The notes under the pieces were generated by a model. It ran no database searches. It saw only the letters and a program-made list of their open reading frames with translations, and was not told the DNA's origin. Below are positions 37,688 through 50,254 of a DNA stretch of 60,000 nucleotides, piece after piece; the stretch's first letter is position 1, and the number at the start of each line of letters is the position of its first letter. Origin of the DNA: Mobula hypostoma (lineage: Eukaryota); NCBI RefSeq assembly GCF_963921235.1, contig NC_086097.1, forward strand, positions 19,780,001 through 19,840,000. Direction: 5' to 3'. The position numbers and the translations under genes were made by a program.

Positions 37688-39159
37688 TAACAATGTGCTG
37701 GAGGAACTCAGCACGTTGAGCAGCATCTGTGGGAGGACATGAACTGTCACTTGAGTCCTGACGCAGCGTTTTGACCCGAAATGTCGACAATTCCTTTCCT
37801 CCGAGGCATGCCACTCGACCCTCTCAGTCTCTCTAGCAGATTGTTGCTCTAGATTCTGACAGCCGCAGTCTCTTGTGTCTCTTTCAGTTGAACTTACTTG
37901 TACTACGTGGCACATTGTTTCAAGTGAAAACTCAAATCAGTCCAGTGAGGGTAAGTGCGATTCCTGGGATCCTGGGTGTACAGGGAAAGCAACTATAAAT
38001 CTCCTCAACCAATCAAATGAAAGGGCTAGGAACTCAACAGAGAATGAGTGAGAAGGATGTGTAAGTGGAATGGGTGAATTCCTGATCAAATCAGGTACAG
38101 TTAGGAAAATAAAGGGAGTAAAAGTAACTGGATTGAGAAAGAAAAATAGAAAATCTCTAACAACAGCTAAAATCTTACAGAGTCATAGAGCACCACCGCA
38201 CAGAAACAGGGCCTTTAGCCCATCTAGTTCATGCCAAACTGATATCCTGACTAGTTCCTGGACCATAGCCTCTCTCATCCATGTACTAATCTAAAACTCT
38301 TTTACAAGTTGAAACTAAACCTGCATCCCTTAAATATCTCACCTTTCACCCTTAACCTCTGACCTCTAGTTCTAGTCCCATTGGCAAAAAGCCTACTTGC
38401 AATTACCCAATCTATACCCCTCAAAACCTTGTATACCTCTATCAAATCTTCCTTCATTCTCCTCTGCTCCTGGGAATAAAGTGCTGACCTTTTCAACCTT
38501 TCCCTAGAGCTCAAGTCCTCAAGTCGAGGCAACATTCTATTAAGTCCTACACAAGCATGAGTTAAGAGACATGGTGGCACAACGAATCTTACAGAACGTG
38601 ACTCCACACTTATAATGGTTGATGTTCACTTCAACAGGTGTTGACTTCAGTAATTAACACTAAGTACTTAATTTAAGAAGGGGCTTTGCCCAGAATGGGG
38701 AAAACTTACCTTTCCACAGTGGATATATCAGGCAGTTACAGGAATGTTGGTATTTCATATACCGTATTGCTGTGGTATGTGAGACAATGAGATGGGGGTT
38801 CATGTACCTACATAGGCGTGGAAAGGTGCAATTTCTGAATGTGTGAGTTTAACAAAACGGTTCCTGCAAAACACTGAGGTTAAAGGCAAACAATGAAAAT
38901 GTATGTGCTGGAAACCCGAACCGAAGTTAGAAAATACTGGGGATACACAGCAGGTCAGGCAGCATCTGAGGAGAGAGAAAAACAGCATTGACATTTTGGG
39001 TCAACGACCTTTCATTAGGATTGATTCATTGACCTGAAATATTAACTCTGTTTCTCTGCCGAAATGTCAACTCTGTTTCACAACAGATGGTGCCTGACCT
39101 GCAAAGTATCCACAGCAATTTCTGTTTCACTTGAGTTTCAGGAAAATCGGGTGTCAGTA

Positions 39160-39930
39160 GGATTCCCTGAAGGTTAACTTGCAGGTTGAGTCAGCGGTAA
39201 GGGAAGGTGTAATGTTAGAGTTCATTTCAAGAGGACTGGAATACAAAGCAACGACGTAGTGCCACACACACACAGTGCTGGGGAAACTCTGCAGGCCAAG
39301 CAGCATCTACGGAAAAGATGTAAACAGTCAACGTTTTGGGCCAAGACAAGTGCCAAGGCTTTATAAGGCATTGGTCAGACTGCACTTGGAGTACTGAGAG
39401 CAGTTTTGGATTCCCCTTCTAAGAAAGGATGTGCTGGCCTTGGAGAGTATCCAGAGAAGGTTCACAGGAAAGAAAAGGTTAATGTATGTGGTGCGTTTGA
39501 TGGCTCTGGGCCTGTTCACACTGTAGTTTAGATGAATGAGGGGTGATTTCATTGAAACCTGTCTAATATTGAAAGGGCTGTGCAGAGGATTGAGCATAGA
39601 GAGGACGTTTCCCGTAGCTGGGGTGGGGGGGGGGTCTAGGAGCAGAGGACACACCCTCAGGATAGAAAGGCATCCATTTAGAACAGAGATGAGGAGGAAT
39701 TTCTTTAGCTAGAGCGTGATGACTCTGTAGAATTCATTCTCACACACAGCTGTGGAGCCAAGTCATTGGGTATATTTAAAGTGTAGGCTGATAGGTTCTT
39801 GATAAGTAAGAGCATCAAGGGTTACAGGAAAAGGCAGAAGAATGGGGTTGGGAAGGATAATAAATCAGCCATGATGGAGCAGATGTGATGAGCTGAATGG
39901 CCTAATTCTGCTCCCATATCTTATGGTCTT
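39160..39930 (+). mobile_element. CR1 3' fragment with a short Penelope-terminus insert (about 39263-39347)
   Basis: ALVRLHLEY remnant and CR1 3' UTR; AGTGCCA occurs on both sides of the insert. Confidence 0.65.
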
Positions 39931-40154
39931 ATTGTTCATCCAGGTTGTATACAGGGTTAGACTGCAATATGATGGTTACCATTTTTAGTGATGCACTCTT
40001 AGGCAATGTACGCCCTAAAGATAAAAACTATACAAAGGGTATGTGAAAGTGAGAATCCTTGATTCAACTAATCCAGGGTGGATTAAAGCTTAACTTGGAT
40101 CCCTTGCTTAATGGTATTAGTCCATGGCATTAAAAAAATTGAGAACCCCTGCTG

Positions 40155-40459
40155 TAGAGTTTTACAGAGATTGGTGAGAAAAACAAAAATCATCCAGTGA
40201 GCGGCAGTTGTATCAGCAAATTTGGCTTGTTAATGAGAGGGTCAGAGGAGAATGCCCAGGCTGGTTCAAGCTGACAGGAAGGCAGCAGTGACTCAAATAA
40301 CCATGCATTACAACAGTGGTGTGCAGAAGAGCATCTCTGAATAGACCACACATCAAACCTTGAAGTGGATGGGCTACAACAGCATAAGACCATGAACATA
40401 CAGTCAGTGGCCACTCTATTGTGTACAAGATGTACCTAATAAAATGGCCACTGAGTGTA
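40155..40459 (+). mobile_element. Partial Tc1-like non-autonomous element
   Basis: 3' half of the 8590-9149 family, with the doubled terminal repeat. Confidence 0.75.
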
Positions 40460-42251
40460 TTTCACAGTTCCTTATTGTCACTGGGTCTAATTCACAGAGC
40501 TCCTACCTCAACACCTTCACCAGGAGGACTGCAATGGTTAAGAAGGCAACTCATTACCACCAACAAAGATAACTAGGGATGGGTAACAAATGCTGGCCTT
40601 GCCGGTGAAGCTGAGATCCCAGAAGTGGTTTAAATAAAATTCCTTAAGTAGCCCATTAAAAATTGGGCCAGGTGTGATTTCATTGGCCTCAAAGATCCAG
40701 AATTCTAAGAAGGTGGGAAGGAAGACTTCCACTTGGGTAGGAGCAGATTCCATTGGATTTTCATCCCATGACACCAGGAATGTAAAACAACAGCACAGGG
40801 AGGAGTATGACTGGTGAGTGTTAGGGTGTACTCTGGTGTTATGGAATATAGCAAATATTAATTTCAACAGCAACTAGTCTTCAGATCTGAATATGGAACG
40901 TAGGATGAATTTAAAATGCAGCTCGAAAAAAAATGGTCTTCCTGAAGCTGCATTTTAGAGTAAACACCCAATTGACTGAGATGTCTGCATATGCATGAAT
41001 GCAATCAACACTGCATTGACCTAAGATTATACATGGACATGAATATGGAGTCAATAATAATTAACACTCATTTTGGGTGTTGGTGAGACGATCCAGATAT
41101 TTGAAAAATTACATGTAACTCAAAAGAAGCATCATGAAGGCATTGTAACTATAAAAATTGTCCTGTTACCTTTGTTCTTTAACATATTAAAACTGTGCTG
41201 AAATGTTGGGTCGGGGAGCCCCTCTCTCTCGCCCTCAAGTAACTCCAAAGTCTGTCAGCTTGTGTGTGTCCCGAATAAAGACTTTTATATCTACCAGCTG
41301 TGTCTCTCTGGTGGCTTTGTTCACAGTCACGAGAGTGAGAATATCCATTTGGTTCTCCCTTCTCCTTCCCCACCCAAAAGGGGCATGTCCCAGTAATTTC
41401 CAAAAGAAATATTCCCCTTGCCTACATCTCAAGGCAATTCTCCAATCAGTTTATAGTATGGGAACTGAATCTGATTACCAAGGGGATTCCAGACTGAGCA
41501 AGCAACAGCAATGGCGGGGTGGGGGGGGGGTTGTTGGATTAAAAAGCTTCTACAACCTTGGCATCACAGTTCCTAGGCAACCAACCAACTCTAGCCTGGG
41601 CATTTCACTAACCAACTCCAATTCATGAACCAACACATGGATGAAAGAAAAATGGTGGGCTATAGGAAAGGGAAGGGTTGGTTAAAAGGTCAGCATGACA
41701 TCATGGGCCAAAAGGCCTGTACTGTACTGTACAGATATATGTTCTATGCTCTATGTTCAAGTCTGATCAAAACAATTCATTAATCTCAACTCCTAAACCA
41801 TCTGATCTGATCAACTCATTAACCACAATTCACGAAACGAACTTGACCTGGATTAACCACATCTCAGCAGCAAGCCCAACCTGGGTATCTCATTTGCGAC
41901 TCAAGAACACGCAGAACAGTTTACTTTCGAGCGCCACCCATTACCCCTTCCACGCGCCACCTTCCCGTTTAATCGCAAAGTGATGCCTCCAAGGTTCCTG
42001 CGAGGGAAGATCTGGCTTCAGGCCAGTATTCGTAGTTACCCATTCCAACAATTCCCAGAGGTGCTGGCGGAGTAATAGCTGGTCACCAGACTAAGGTTAA
42101 GGGTTACACACACTTCAGTCCAAGTGGCAAAGGGGGAAAACTGGACCTTTGGCAAATATTCTCTCCACCTACATTAAGTGACTATTTCAGCCATCTCTAA
42201 TTGTGCGTCTTCTGCTTTTGTACCATGTTATAATGCTCATAGTTACAGAAA

Positions 42252-42635
42252 TATACACTAAGTGCCACTTTATTAGGTACACCTGTACACCCGCTTGTTA
42301 GTCAGCCAATCCTGTGGCAGCAAGTCAATGCAAAAAAGCATGCAGACATGGTCAAGAGGTTCACTTGTTGTTCAGACCAAATATCAGAATGGGGAAGAAA
42401 CGTGATCTAAGTAACTTTGCCCATGGAATAACTATTGCTGCCAGGCAGTTATCTAACGAGAGAGGTTAGAGGATAACGGCCAGACTGGTTCAAGCTGGCA
42501 GGAGGTGACAGTAACTCAAACAACCACACGTTACAACAGTGCTGTGAAGAGTATTTCCGAACCTTGGAGTGGATGGGCTACGGAAGCAGAAGACCATGAA
42601 CGTACAGAAACACTTTCAGTGGTCACTTCATTCGG
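42252..42635 (+). mobile_element. Internally deleted Tc1-like element
   Basis: TIR ...GCCACTTTATTAGGTACAC and a VTQTTTRYNS..KSISE remnant. Confidence 0.75.
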
Positions 42636-43489
42636 GTCCTCCTGCAGGTGTGTTTTAGAGACCCAGCATCTAATTGTGGGATCTGGATAATTTATAAACA
42701 ATGTAAGTGTCAGCCTCACAAGGAAGAGGTACTAGAGTGTTATGACAACCTACAGAATTATTCCTTTCTTCAGCTTGGCGGGGAAGAAGGCTGCACCATG
42801 AACATTTCGTAGTTCGTACCAGCTGTTGGGTGCTTGTTTCCTTTCTCAAAACCTTTCCTTAAATAAAAAAAAATTACAGGCTTCCAAATTCGTTGCCACA
42901 CTGTCAAATATTGCCTGTGCTGAGTCAGGCCGTTCCATCAGATGCTGTTACCTAGGCAACGGTATCTCTGGGTCACATCTAGGATAACTGTCCTAACACA
43001 AGTCCCTGCAGAACCCAAGCAGGCAGGAAGACACCCTGCCTAATGATAGCTGCCTCACAGAATGTCTGGCCGTTCTCAGAGCTGAATGCTAATCTGTTAG
43101 CAGGAACATTAAAAAGAGGAGTGAACATAGAACGTAGAAGAGAACAGCACAGGAGCAGGCTCGGTGAACTAATGATCCCTAATTACATTAATTTCTTCTG
43201 CCTGCATATGTCAAAAACCCTTCATCCTCTGCACATTCATGTGCCTACCTCAGAGCCACCGCCCCCCCAGCACATTCCAGGCACCCAACACTCCCTGCAT
43301 TACAGATTTGCCCTGCACATCTGCTTTGAGATTTCTGCTTTGAGATTTCTGCTCTGCATTGGCCATGTTTCCCAAAGAACAAGTTTAAGGGAAGATTTGC
43401 GGGTGAGGAGGGCTACATTGGTGATCCAGCATGGACTCCAGGGGATGAAATAGCCTCTGCCTGAGTCGTTAGGAAACATGGAAGAAAGG

Positions 43490-43692
43490 GTAGAGTGGTG
43501 GTTAGCGCAATGCCATTACAGTGCCAGTGACTCAGGTGCAATTCCACCGTTGTCTGTACATTCTCCGTGTGACCGAGTGTGTTTCCTCCACTTGCTCCAG
43601 TTTCCTCCCACATTTCAGAAACGTACGGGTTAGCAGATTAATTGGTCACTTGGGTGTAACTGGCTCGTTGGGCCAGAAGGGCCCATTATCTC
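43490..43692 (+). mobile_element. HE1/V-SINE-like element
   Basis: GTGGTTAGCGCAATGCCATTACAG head and a GTTTCCTCCACTTGCTCCAGTTTCCTCCCAC core. Confidence 0.7.
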
Positions 43693-44183
43693 TGAATAAA
43701 GCTTGGAGTTAAGCCTACACAAGGACACTGAGTGGGATAAGCTGATCTGGCCTTTTGTGTTTTTTTTATCACCACGTGACCTCTGTAAGATTGTTTGACA
43801 AAAAAAGTCATTGAGGAAATGAGATCTGACTAGGAATCTGTAACTAAGCCAAGAATTTTGAAAAGCAGAATGACATTTTAAAACATATGAAAATAAATGG
43901 AAGATTAAACCTACCAAACTCCACTGGGGTTTTAGGCTGGTGCTACTCCAAATGAGTAATTATAGATTACAGTTAGATACCAAGTCGACAGACGAACAAC
44001 AAATTGTTCAAGAAAAAAAACACATCTGCCAATAATAACCTCAGTAAAAATAAAATGAAGGGAGACCTGCATGTTAAACCAAAATCCATCCTGTGTAGAT
44101 TTTGCCACCTTTAAACAGTCCTGGGGTCACTGCATCATAAAGGACTGCAGAGATATAAAGAGCTAATAGTTTGTGTATAAAGT

Positions 44184-44497
44184 TTAGAACTGTTCAGTTG
44201 ACATCTCGTCCTGCGTTGCTTTTGACTGCTCGCTCTTCATCTCTTCAGGCCTCTCCTCATGGGCCATCTTGCCTTGTCCGTCACCGGACACCGTCCCCAA
44301 CACTTTAGCACTGTGCTCCTGCGCTTTCGCCCTAAGGGCAGCTATGCTGCTCTCCCTCAGTTCCTCCTTAGAAATGGCCCCCTTGGAATCCTTGCCCTTG
44401 TCTTCACGCTGCTCGTCCTCCTGGCTGGGCTGACTGCTGTGTTCGGCCTCCACCTTCCTCACCACTTCAGATGCCTCGAGGGACTTTTTGTGCATTC
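44184..44497 (-). CDS. vsx2: VSX2 exon 5, last coding exon (end of CVC, OAR domain, stop)
   Basis: (G)MHKKSLEA...[30 protein letters not shown]...; the OAR motif distinguishes VSX2 from VSX1. TAG acceptor (AG at 44499-44498), phase matches exon 4, TAA at 44186-44184. Confidence 0.95.
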
Positions 44498-44560
44498 CTA
44501 GAAAGAATTGTTGGTACTCGGTTTTAGAAAATCGCCTGGTCATTGGTAAGCCATCTTGAA
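44498..44560 (-). CDS. vsx2: 63-nt alternative 5' extension of VSX2 exon 5 (upstream acceptor)
   Basis: TTTTCAG acceptor (AG at 44562-44561) lies exactly 63 nt upstream and in frame, encoding [21 protein letters not shown]. This resembles the long VSX2 isoform insert I recall from bony vertebrates. Confidence 0.8.
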
Positions 44561-44764
44561 CTGAAAACGGTAAGCAAAGAAAGATGCCAAAGATTAAACT
44601 GCAGCAGGAATGTGGGAGCTAGGCTTCATTTAACATCGAGACGACAGGTCAAAGGTCAGCTCATTAACACAAATCTTTAGTTTGACAATAAAGCCATCCG
44701 TAAACAGGGTCACCCCCAAACCTGGGAACAGAGGACACACAGATTCTGCTTTGAGGCGTTGGCT

Positions 44765-45200
44765 TAGGGCAGCACGATATCACAGTGAGTGGGGCCTGGG
44801 TTCAGTCCTGTCTGTGGGCTCTGACTGTGTGGAGTTTTCACAATGCTCTCCCTGTGACCCTCTGGGTTTCCTCCACTTGCTCCAATTCCCACCTACCTTG
44901 CAAAGACGCTCTGGCTCATAGGCTAATTGGCCGTTGACCATTTGTTTTATTTAGAGATACACTGCCAATGAGCTGCACTGCCCTGCAACCCACCTATTTA
45001 ACACTAATCAAAGGACAATTTTACAGAAACCAATTAACCTACGTACAGGTACATTTTTGGACTGCGGGAGGAAAACCACGCGGTCATGGGGAGAACAAAC
45101 AAACTCCTTACAGACTGTGCCAGAACTGAACTCCGAACTCCAATGCCCCAAGCTGTAACAACGTCACACTAACCACTGCACATTAACTGCCCCTGGTATG
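44765..45200. mobile_element. Two V-SINE-like copies in opposite orientation in VSX2 intron 4
   Basis: Plus-strand copy at about 44765-44935; minus-strand copy at about 44945-45180 (GGGAGGAAAACCACGCGGTCATGGGGAGAAC). Confidence 0.6.
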
Positions 45201-45225
45201 TTGGTGTATGGTAAAATAGAAGGGA

Positions 45226-45300
45226 CTACTACTACTACTACTACTACGTCGACTCAGACCTAGGGGCCGGCATCGGGCACGATGACAGACTCTCCACTTC
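45226..45300 (-). repeat. (ACT)n microsatellite, probably the tail of a short retroposon 3' end
   Basis: About 7 ACT units at 45226-45247, followed by a CpG-rich 50-bp segment. Confidence 0.5.
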
Positions 45301-46596
45301 TTGAAGGGAAATTGAAGGGAATGTGAATGAAAAGGCTACGAGTAAGTTAGAGGGGCAAAGGGATGGTTTTACTATATAAAATATAGTACACAGTGAATAC
45401 ACCATTTCAGGGAACTGTTCCAATATGGCCTCAAATCACCAGCTGTATTAACCTCTTTTCTTTAATGGGCTTTATTCTGAACACTGAGTGCCCACGACAT
45501 TCAGTATATTTTAAATGCAGGTTTCAGGGAGAAGGCAGGAGAAATGGTTTTGAGAGGGAATAATAAATTGAATGGCAGAGCAGACTTGCTAGGTAAATGG
45601 CCTAATTTGGCTCCCATGTCCTACAGTCTTACAGTCTTATCCACAGAGCACAGGAGCTGATTTCCGTCGGTAAACTGGCAAACTCCTTCCAGAAAGGTCA
45701 AGTGCAAATGATGGTTTGTGTTAGGGATATAAAAGGGCAAAAATTTTGAACAACACACACACACACACAAATGCTGGCCGAATTCAACAAGTCAGGCAGC
45801 ATGTATAGAGGGGAATAAACAGTAGACATTTCAGGCTGATACCCTTCATTGGGAATCATTGTACTTACCACCTAAAACTCAATCTACCCTGACTGTGAAC
45901 AGAATTATATGTAAAAACTGCTGCTACATCTCAATGGTAATAGGTTAAAAATATTTACTCTACCAAAGAATGAGGGACAGAAAATAGTTTTTAAAATTTG
46001 CAGACGCACACCTAATGTTTTTCTTGTGAATGCTTTCTATCCAACACCCTGTACCCGTGATGTAGATGCAAGCAAGTTTTTCGTTGCACCCGCGCATACA
46101 TGTATCTTTGCATATGACAACTAACACAACTTTGATAACAGTAAAAATCTGTCCCTAAAAAAATCTTTAGTGTATTGCAGGTTGTTGAAAGAAAGAATTG
46201 TTAATGGAAAGAACTGTCCATGCACAGTTCCATCACGGCCTCTTTTATTCATGTTCTTACCATCTTTCTTGTGCATTTGACAATAAACTCAACTTTGACT
46301 TTGTCCTTCACATGCCGATGTGGACAATTTTTTTTCACCCATCCTTTGAACAGTTCACACCCAAACAAATAGTTATGGGTCTTAGGTTATATAAAAGTCA
46401 AGCTAGCTAGTGACCGAAGATTCTTTCTCTGAAAGACTTTTTGTGAACCAAGCTATTGTTTACACCACAGCTCAACTGTTTCATGTCACCTTTATTTTAT
46501 TTCAGTTTTTTATAACATTTCATCTTTAATTAAATTTAAGTTCTCTATCTGCTGGTGTGGAATTTGAACTTTAGTATTCTGACAATTAACCTAGAC

Positions 46597-47560
46597 AACA
46601 CAAAAATGCTGGAGGTACTCAGCAGGTCAGGCAGCATCTATGGAGAGGAATAAACAGTTGACATTTCAGGCTGAGAACCTTCATCAGGACTGGAAAGGAA
46701 GGGCGGGGGGTGGCGGAAGCCAGCATAAGAAGGCGGGGAGAGGGGAAGGTGTACAAGCTAGAAGGTGATAAGTGAAGCCAGGTGAGGGGGAAGTTAGATG
46801 GGTAGGGCCGGGGGAGGTGATAAATGGAAAAGGTAAAGGGCTGAAGAAGTAAGAGAAAGCAGGATCTCCCAGTGGACACACATTTTAATTCCACATCCCA
46901 TTCCCATTCTGATATGTCTATCCACGGCCTCCTCTACTGTCAAGATGAAGCCACACTCAGGTTGGAGAAACAACACCTTATATTCTGTCTGCGTAGCCTC
47001 CAACCTGATGGCATGAACATTGACCTCAAACTTCCATTAATGCCCCACCACCCCCTTGTACCCCATCCATTATTTTTTATATATATATTCTTTCTCTCTC
47101 TCTCCTTTTCCTCCCTCTGTCCCTCTCACTATACCTCTTGCCCATCCTCTGGGCTTCACCCCTCCCCCTTTTCCTTCTCCCTGGGCCTCCTGTCCCATGA
47201 TCCTCTCATATCTCTATTGCCAATCACCTGTCCAGCTCTTGGCTCCATCCCTCCCCCTTCTGTCTACTCCTATCATTTTGGATCTCCCCCTCCCCCTCCC
47301 ACTTTCAAATCTCTTACTAGCTCTTCCTTCAGTTAGTCCTGACGAAGGGTCTCGGCCCGAAACGTCAACTGTACCTCTTCCTAGAGATGCTGCCTGGCCT
47401 GCTGCGTTCACCAGCAACTTTGATGTGTGTTGCTTGTAACTGAGAGTACGGGTTTGGACCATGGGAGAAAGAGAAGGAGGAGAGACACCAGAATGAGATG
47501 ACAGGCAGGTGAGGAGAAGAAAAGGGGAGAAAAGAGAAGGGGGTGGGGAGAAATTAGTGG
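46597..47560. mobile_element. Younger plus-strand Penelope fragment (about 46852-47435) within an older minus-strand Penelope
   Basis: THFNSTSHSHSDMSIHGLLYCQDEATLRLEKQHLIF; highly similar to 24756-25320; flanked on both sides by purine-rich minus-strand Penelope UTR. Confidence 0.8.
47334..47371 (+). ncRNA. Hammerhead ribozyme motif, core intact, one stem-I mismatch
   Basis: TAGTCCTGACGAAGGGTCTCGGCCCGAAACGTCAACTG; differs from 25220-25257 by one G>A change. Confidence 0.7.
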
Positions 47561-48399
47561 TTCTAATGGCTCCAATTCACCTGAACACCTGAGTTCCCAA
47601 TCCAGACGTTAACCACTGTGCTACAAGTGAAGGAAACAAAAATACCAATGTGCAGCCATTAGGGAAAGCACCCTTCACTAACTCCTAGAGTGAGCTGGAC
47701 TTTAACATGAATTCTCTTGTAATAACTTTAGGTAGCACCCTGTGCTCCAACCTGTAAATGATATTAAATGTCCATGCTGGAAGTTAGAAGCTCTTATGAT
47801 TCAAATCTCTAATAACTCCAACTTGGATAAAGTCAAGTGGGTTTCTGCAGGAGAGGTCATGGGTGATTATTGGGTATGAGTACAGATCCACCCCGGATAT
47901 TCTCTTTCCTCTCTCCTATCAGCCAGAAGGTACAAAAGCCTGAAAGCAGGTACCCCCAGACTCCCACTGTTATCAGAGTCTTGAACAGACCTCTTGCAAA
48001 ATAAAATGGACTCCTGGCCTCAAAATCTATCTCATTATGAGCTTGCATTTTATCATTTACCTGCACTATACTTTTTTGAAGGGAGCATTTACACTTTATC
48101 CTGCATTGTTATTGTTTTACCATATTCCACTTCAGTGTACTGATCTGCATGAAAGGTGTGTGAGACAAGCTTTCCATTGTGCCTTAGTGCATGTGACAAT
48201 AATAAACCAATCCCAATAATAATGGAATATGGGCTGTTTTGGATTGTGTGCAACTCTGAAAGATTTACATTTGGTAATGAGAAACAATGGTTAAAAAAAC
48301 AGTGCACGGCAACCTATAGAATGGTGAAGCTGTTTGCAGGGAAGTGTTCTTGCTGCGGAACATCAGAGTTAGCTCTGCATTTCTTTTCCACCCAAATCC

Positions 48400-48930
48400 G
48401 ACCATAAAATGTAGGAGGAGAATTAGGCCATTCGGCCCATTAAACCTGCTCCACCATTCCAGCATGGATGATTTATTATCTCACTCAACCCCATTCTCCT
48501 GCCTTCTCCTCATAATCTTTGATGCCCTTAATAATCAAGAACCTATCAACCAGCACTTTAAATATACCCAATGGCTTGGCCTCCACAGTGTCTGTGGCAA
48601 TGAATTCCGCAGTCACCGTCCTCTGGCCACAGAAATTCCTCCTCATCTCTGTTCTAATGGGACGTCCTTCTAATCTGAGGCTGTGACATCTGGTCCTCCC
48701 CACTATAGGATACATCCTCTCCATGTCCACTCTATCTAGGCTTTTCAATATTTGATAGGTTTCAATGAGACTCCCCTCTTGTTCTTCTAAACTCCAGTGA
48801 GTATAGGCACAGAGTCATCAAATGCTCCTCATACATTAACCCTTTCATTCCTTGGATCATTCTTGTGAACCTCCTATGGATCCTCTTCAACGTCAACACA
48901 TCTTTTCTTGGAGAAGGTGTCTAAAACTGC
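48400..48930 (-). mobile_element. CR1 3' fragment
   Basis: RT C-terminal remnant and CR1 3' UTR. Confidence 0.75.
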
Positions 48931-49147
48931 CAGGTCAGTCTCAGCATAATAAAACTCCCACAACTTTGCTCCCTTCACCCAACAACGTACTGTAAATGAG
49001 CAGAAAACCCTAACGCTAACCCTAACCCAACCGAAGTCAGAACCACTTCAGTTTTTGAAGCACCTCTTGACCAGTAGGGGAAGACTTATATCAGTTAGCA
49101 CTGAAGCACAGCTGTTCCAATGAAGCAGGCTCTGTCCTCCTGGAATC

Positions 49148-49870
49148 AAGGCCCCAAATGGTCCTTCTAGGTGAGACAACACTTCACCTGGGAATCTGTT
49201 AGGGTCGTCTACTGTATCTGCTATTCCTGATGCGGTCTCCTCTGTGCTGGTGAGACCTGACATATATTGGATTGCTTTGTTGAACACCTCTGTTCATCCG
49301 CAAAAAGCAGAATTTCAATTACTATCCCAATTCCCGTTCAGACATGTCGGTCCATGGCCTCCTATTGTGCCACAATGAGGTCACTCTCACTGTGAGGAGC
49401 GACAGCTTATATTCCATCTAGGTAGCCTCCGACCTTATGGTATAAACATCAATTTCCTCTTCCGGTAATTTTTCCTCCTCCCTCTTCCCTCTTTTTCTAT
49501 TCCTCATTTTGGCCTCTTACCTCTTCTCCTCACCTGCCTATCACCTCCCACCTGTGCACCTCCTCCTTCCCTTTCTCCCATGATCCACTCTCCTCTCCTA
49601 TCAGATTCCTTCTTTCCAGCCCCATGCCTTTTCCACCTATCACGTCCCAACTTCTTATTTCATACCCCTCACCTGCACATCTGCCTTCACCTATCATCTT
49701 CTAGCTTATACTCCTTCCCATCACCCCCACCTTCTTATTTTGGCATCTTGACCCTTCCTTTCCAGTCCTGATGAAGGGTCTCTGCCCGAAACATTGACTG
49801 TTTATTCATTTCCATAGATGCTGCCTGACCTGCTGAGATCCTCCAGCATTTTGTGTGTGTGTTGCTCTGG
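49148..49870 (+). mobile_element. Degenerate Penelope-like element (GIY-YIG remnant, UTR, decayed hammerhead at 49763-49800)
   Basis: Homologous to the reverse complement of 24021-24750. Confidence 0.75.
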
Positions 49871-50254
49871 GTTTACACTGGCTCAATGACATTTTGATTT
49901 GGATCACACTTTTGCTGGGACATGCAATATGCCATCCTTACCCAGTCTGGCTCCAGCCACAAAGATTAATTTTACCTGATATCTACAAAATACATCAAAC
50001 TTTGTCTTGGAATCTGTCTGTGTTTCTGGCAGTCTTGATTGAGAAAATAAGCACAATTGTTTCCTCCATTACCAAATGACAGGGAGGGAAGAGCCAAAGG
50101 AGACACAGTGAGTTGTCTTAGTACAGAATTAACTGCCAGAAAGATTGATGCAAATAATAACATTCAAATGGAAATTGAGTAGATATTTGAAACCATCTAT
50201 GATGAAGAGTAAGGAAGAGTGACTAAATGGATAACAAGCAATCTACTGAAGAAA

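Noticed and set aside
49005..49032. Degenerate (CCCTAA)n telomere-like run near a Penelope 5' end
   Set aside because: Only about three imperfect units, more than 100 bp from the element; too short to interpret.
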